46,361 nt of DNA from Terriglobales bacterium (GTDB taxonomy: Bacteria > Acidobacteriota > Terriglobia > Terriglobales > Acidobacteriaceae): contig DATCCF010000088.1 of assembly GCA_036511435.1 (NCBI GenBank), positions 1 through 46,361 on the forward strand, written 5' to 3'. Of this stretch, positions 44,794 to 46,361 are shown in pieces. The notes beneath the pieces are model-generated. The model had not been told where the DNA came from and did no database searches. It worked only from the letters and a program-made list of their open reading frames with translations. The translations under genes were made by a program, and so were the position numbers. Every line of letters starts with the position of its first letter. Positions within the stretch are counted from its first letter, which is position 1.

Positions 44794-45051
44794 ATGTCTG
44801 GTTTACGGGATCGATTTGCTCAAGCTCAAGAAGACGTGAACGGCCTTGGCGAGCGCCCGGACAACAACACGATGCTGAAGCTGTACGCTCTTTACAAACA
44901 GGCGACTCAGGGCGATGCCACTGGGGAGCAGCCAGGGGGCTTCGACTTTGTCCGCCGCGCCAAGTTCGACGCCTGGAGCGAGATCAAAGGCACCTCCACC
45001 GAGGACGCCATGCAGCAGTACATCGACCTGGTTGCCTCCTTACGGCGCTGA
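44794..45051 (+). CDS. acyl-CoA-binding protein (ACBP)
   Basis: 85 aa; FAQAQEDVNGL..RPDNNTMLKLYALYKQATQGD...GGFDFVRRAKFDAWSEIKG.STEDAMQQYIDLV is a classic ACBP pattern. The longer ORF from 44185 is spurious upstream. Confidence 0.8.
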   Translation: MSGLRDRFAQAQEDVNGLGERPDNNTMLKLYALYKQATQGDATGEQPGGFDFVRRAKFDAWSEIKGTSTEDAMQQYIDLVASLRR

Positions 45052-45128
45052 GACCGTGCCGCCATTTGGCGCACTCTCTTCGATGTTGGAGCACTGCCTA
45101 GGAAGTCAGATGCCCCACTCCGCCGCGC

Positions 45129-45356
45129 CTATCCGTCCCTTCTCAAGCTGGTTAGCAGCCCCGAATACCGCCGTTGTGGACGGTCATTATGGACGGCGAT
45201 ACCGAGCGCCTTCCGCTGGCCAATCAGTACGAGCAGCCGCTTGCCCCGTGTGATCCCGGTGTAAACCAAGTTGCGTTGCAGCAGCATGTAGTGCTGCGTG
45301 GTTACTCGCACGCCATCTCGGACCAGGACATTGCGCTCGCCAATGACGGGACACAC
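45129..45356 (-). pseudogene. C-terminal remnant of a RecD2-like SF1 helicase
   Basis: HYMLLQRNLVYTGITRGKRLLVLIGQRKALGIAVHNDRPQRRYSGLLTSL matches the last ~50 aa of RecD-like helicases. No upstream helicase body is present. Confidence 0.55.
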
Positions 45357-45371
45357 AGTTTATGGGCACAG

Positions 45372-46187
45372 TCAGCTTTTTTTGAACCTTTTCATTATTA
45401 GCTCTAGGGCTCTCATTCGAAGTGGCATGTCATCGGGACCCGTATCGGGCACTTGCAGGTATTCGTGAAGCCAACGAGCACGTGCCGCCATCTGGAGAAC
45501 CTCGTTTTCCAAAAGGCCATCCATTTTGGCTAATGACGGAATGAAACAGACATAAGCGATTCCGTCGAGAGGATCTTTGTTCTCCACATCTTTGCACCAG
45601 GCACCGAAACTTCGGCTCCTCGTCCAGTTGGTTAGTTCGGCAATGTTGAGTCGATTGGCGAGCTCGACATTTTGAGAGACTCCGGGAATCAAGGGAATCT
45701 TTAGCAGAAGGAACACCCCGCCGCCCAATTTCGGGTGAGTGACATCCGTTAAGACCCGCATCATCGCCGTGGATGGGACACAGCCGGCGAAGGAAAATTC
45801 TACCGTGGCACCCTTCTCGTCTGAATTCGCAATCACAAAAGGGCACGGTGACATCTTTTCGATTCTTGCACACTCTTCCCCAGCAAATGCAGATGGTTGT
45901 GAGCCTGTCTGCTTAAACAAATGCAGCACATTGAGCATGTCGTCGGGATTGGTTCGGAGGCCGTTAGGAGGAATCGTCTCGTCGGCAGGTGCGCCAAGCA
46001 AGTCGGCGAAGGGATCCAGCTCGGCATGCGCCTGAGCTGCCTGGATCGCCACCGCGGTCGCGAAGTACGGAGCCTGCCAACCTGCGTTCTCCGCATGGAA
46101 GTACGCGCAGCAAGCCAATTTGAGTTTCATCTGTTGTGGGTCATAGACGTATCGATTCAGGTTTGCGGCGGAATTGGCGAGCGCCAA
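45372..46187 (-). CDS. hypothetical protein (271 aa)
   Basis: Clean ORF; no family recognised. Confidence 0.45.
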   Translation of the reverse strand: MALANSAANLNRYVYDPQQMKLKLACCAYFHAENAGWQAPYFATAVAIQAAQAHAELDPFADLLGAPADETIPPNGLRTNPDDMLNVLHLFKQTGSQPSAFAGEECARIEKMSPCPFVIANSDEKGATVEFSFAGCVPSTAMMRVLTDVTHPKLGGGVFLLLKIPLIPGVSQNVELANRLNIAELTNWTRSRSFGAWCKDVENKDPLDGIAYVCFIPSLAKMDGLLENEVLQMAARARWLHEYLQVPDTGPDDMPLRMRALELIMKRFKKS

Positions 46188-46278
46188 GTATGCAAATGTC
46201 TTCTGGGTTGGTGGCAGTTCCTTTAGAGCAGTTCCTTAGAAGCTATATCCGAAAGTGAGGGGAGGCAGTAGGCTGCAG

Positions 46279-46361
46279 ATGGCGATCTCCGCAAGCCCAG
46301 CCATGCCACGACCATATTCGGATGATTTGCGCTGCAAGCTTCTGCAGGTCTATGAGCGAAG
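46279..46361 (+). CDS. IS630-family transposase, N-terminal fragment (runs off the window)
   Basis: MAISASPAMPRPYSDDLRCKLLQVYER resembles the PxPYSxDLRxR HTH N-terminus of IS630/Tc1-type transposases. Confidence 0.45.
   Translation, partial: MAISASPAMPRPYSDDLRCKLLQVYER

Larger units (their letters stand above)
13200..46361. mobile_element. tRNA-Val-associated integrative island (left junction only; right boundary not found in the window)
   Basis: The integrase and excisionase lie immediately 3' of the tRNA. Downstream content is defence genes, mobile-element genes and pseudogenes. No direct repeat of the tRNA 3' end was spotted by eye. Confidence 0.5.

Overview
The window is high-GC bacterial DNA, possibly from an Acidobacteriota-like soil organism (weak inference from gene content). 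It has two parts.

**Core region (1-13.1 kb).** This stretch holds housekeeping and envelope genes: ccmE, a CheY-like receiver, two MacB/FtsX-type permeases, a VOC-domain::ribH fusion followed by nusB, a DUF1259 protein, an MFS transporter with an in-frame TAA, a chromate-resistance-like protein, split LigD modules (phosphoesterase and ligase) and two secreted or membrane hypotheticals.

**Integrative island (13.2 kb to the window end).** It begins at tRNA-Val(CAC) (13125-13199), which is followed by a tyrosine integrase and an excisionase. The island is a decaying defence and mobile-element mosaic containing:
- a degenerate J-domain protein and an RNase H-like protein;
- a 3'-truncated TPR protein abutting a three-gene remnant (E, C, F) of a PRTRC cassette;
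- an uncharacterised three-gene operon ending in a membrane-anchored alpha/beta-hydrolase;
- a PLD::SNF2 helicase broken by an in-frame TAA;
- McrBC;
- an HNH plus HEAGH-peptidase pair.

**Strongest result.** An 11.8-kb Tn7-like transposon (32514-44339) has matching TGTG termini, repeated TnsB-type sites and a 5-bp CTGTG target duplication. Removing it in silico restores the HNH gene in frame. It carries a tnsA::tnsB fusion, tniB and tniQ. Unusually, a tightly coupled abiEi-abiEii-PrimPol/SF2-helicase operon lies between its right end and tnsAB.

**Candidates for an undescribed system.** The two best are the AbiE-PrimPol/helicase module and the 21057-23582 operon. No CRISPR array or rRNA was seen. 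Family names are from memory, not from searches.
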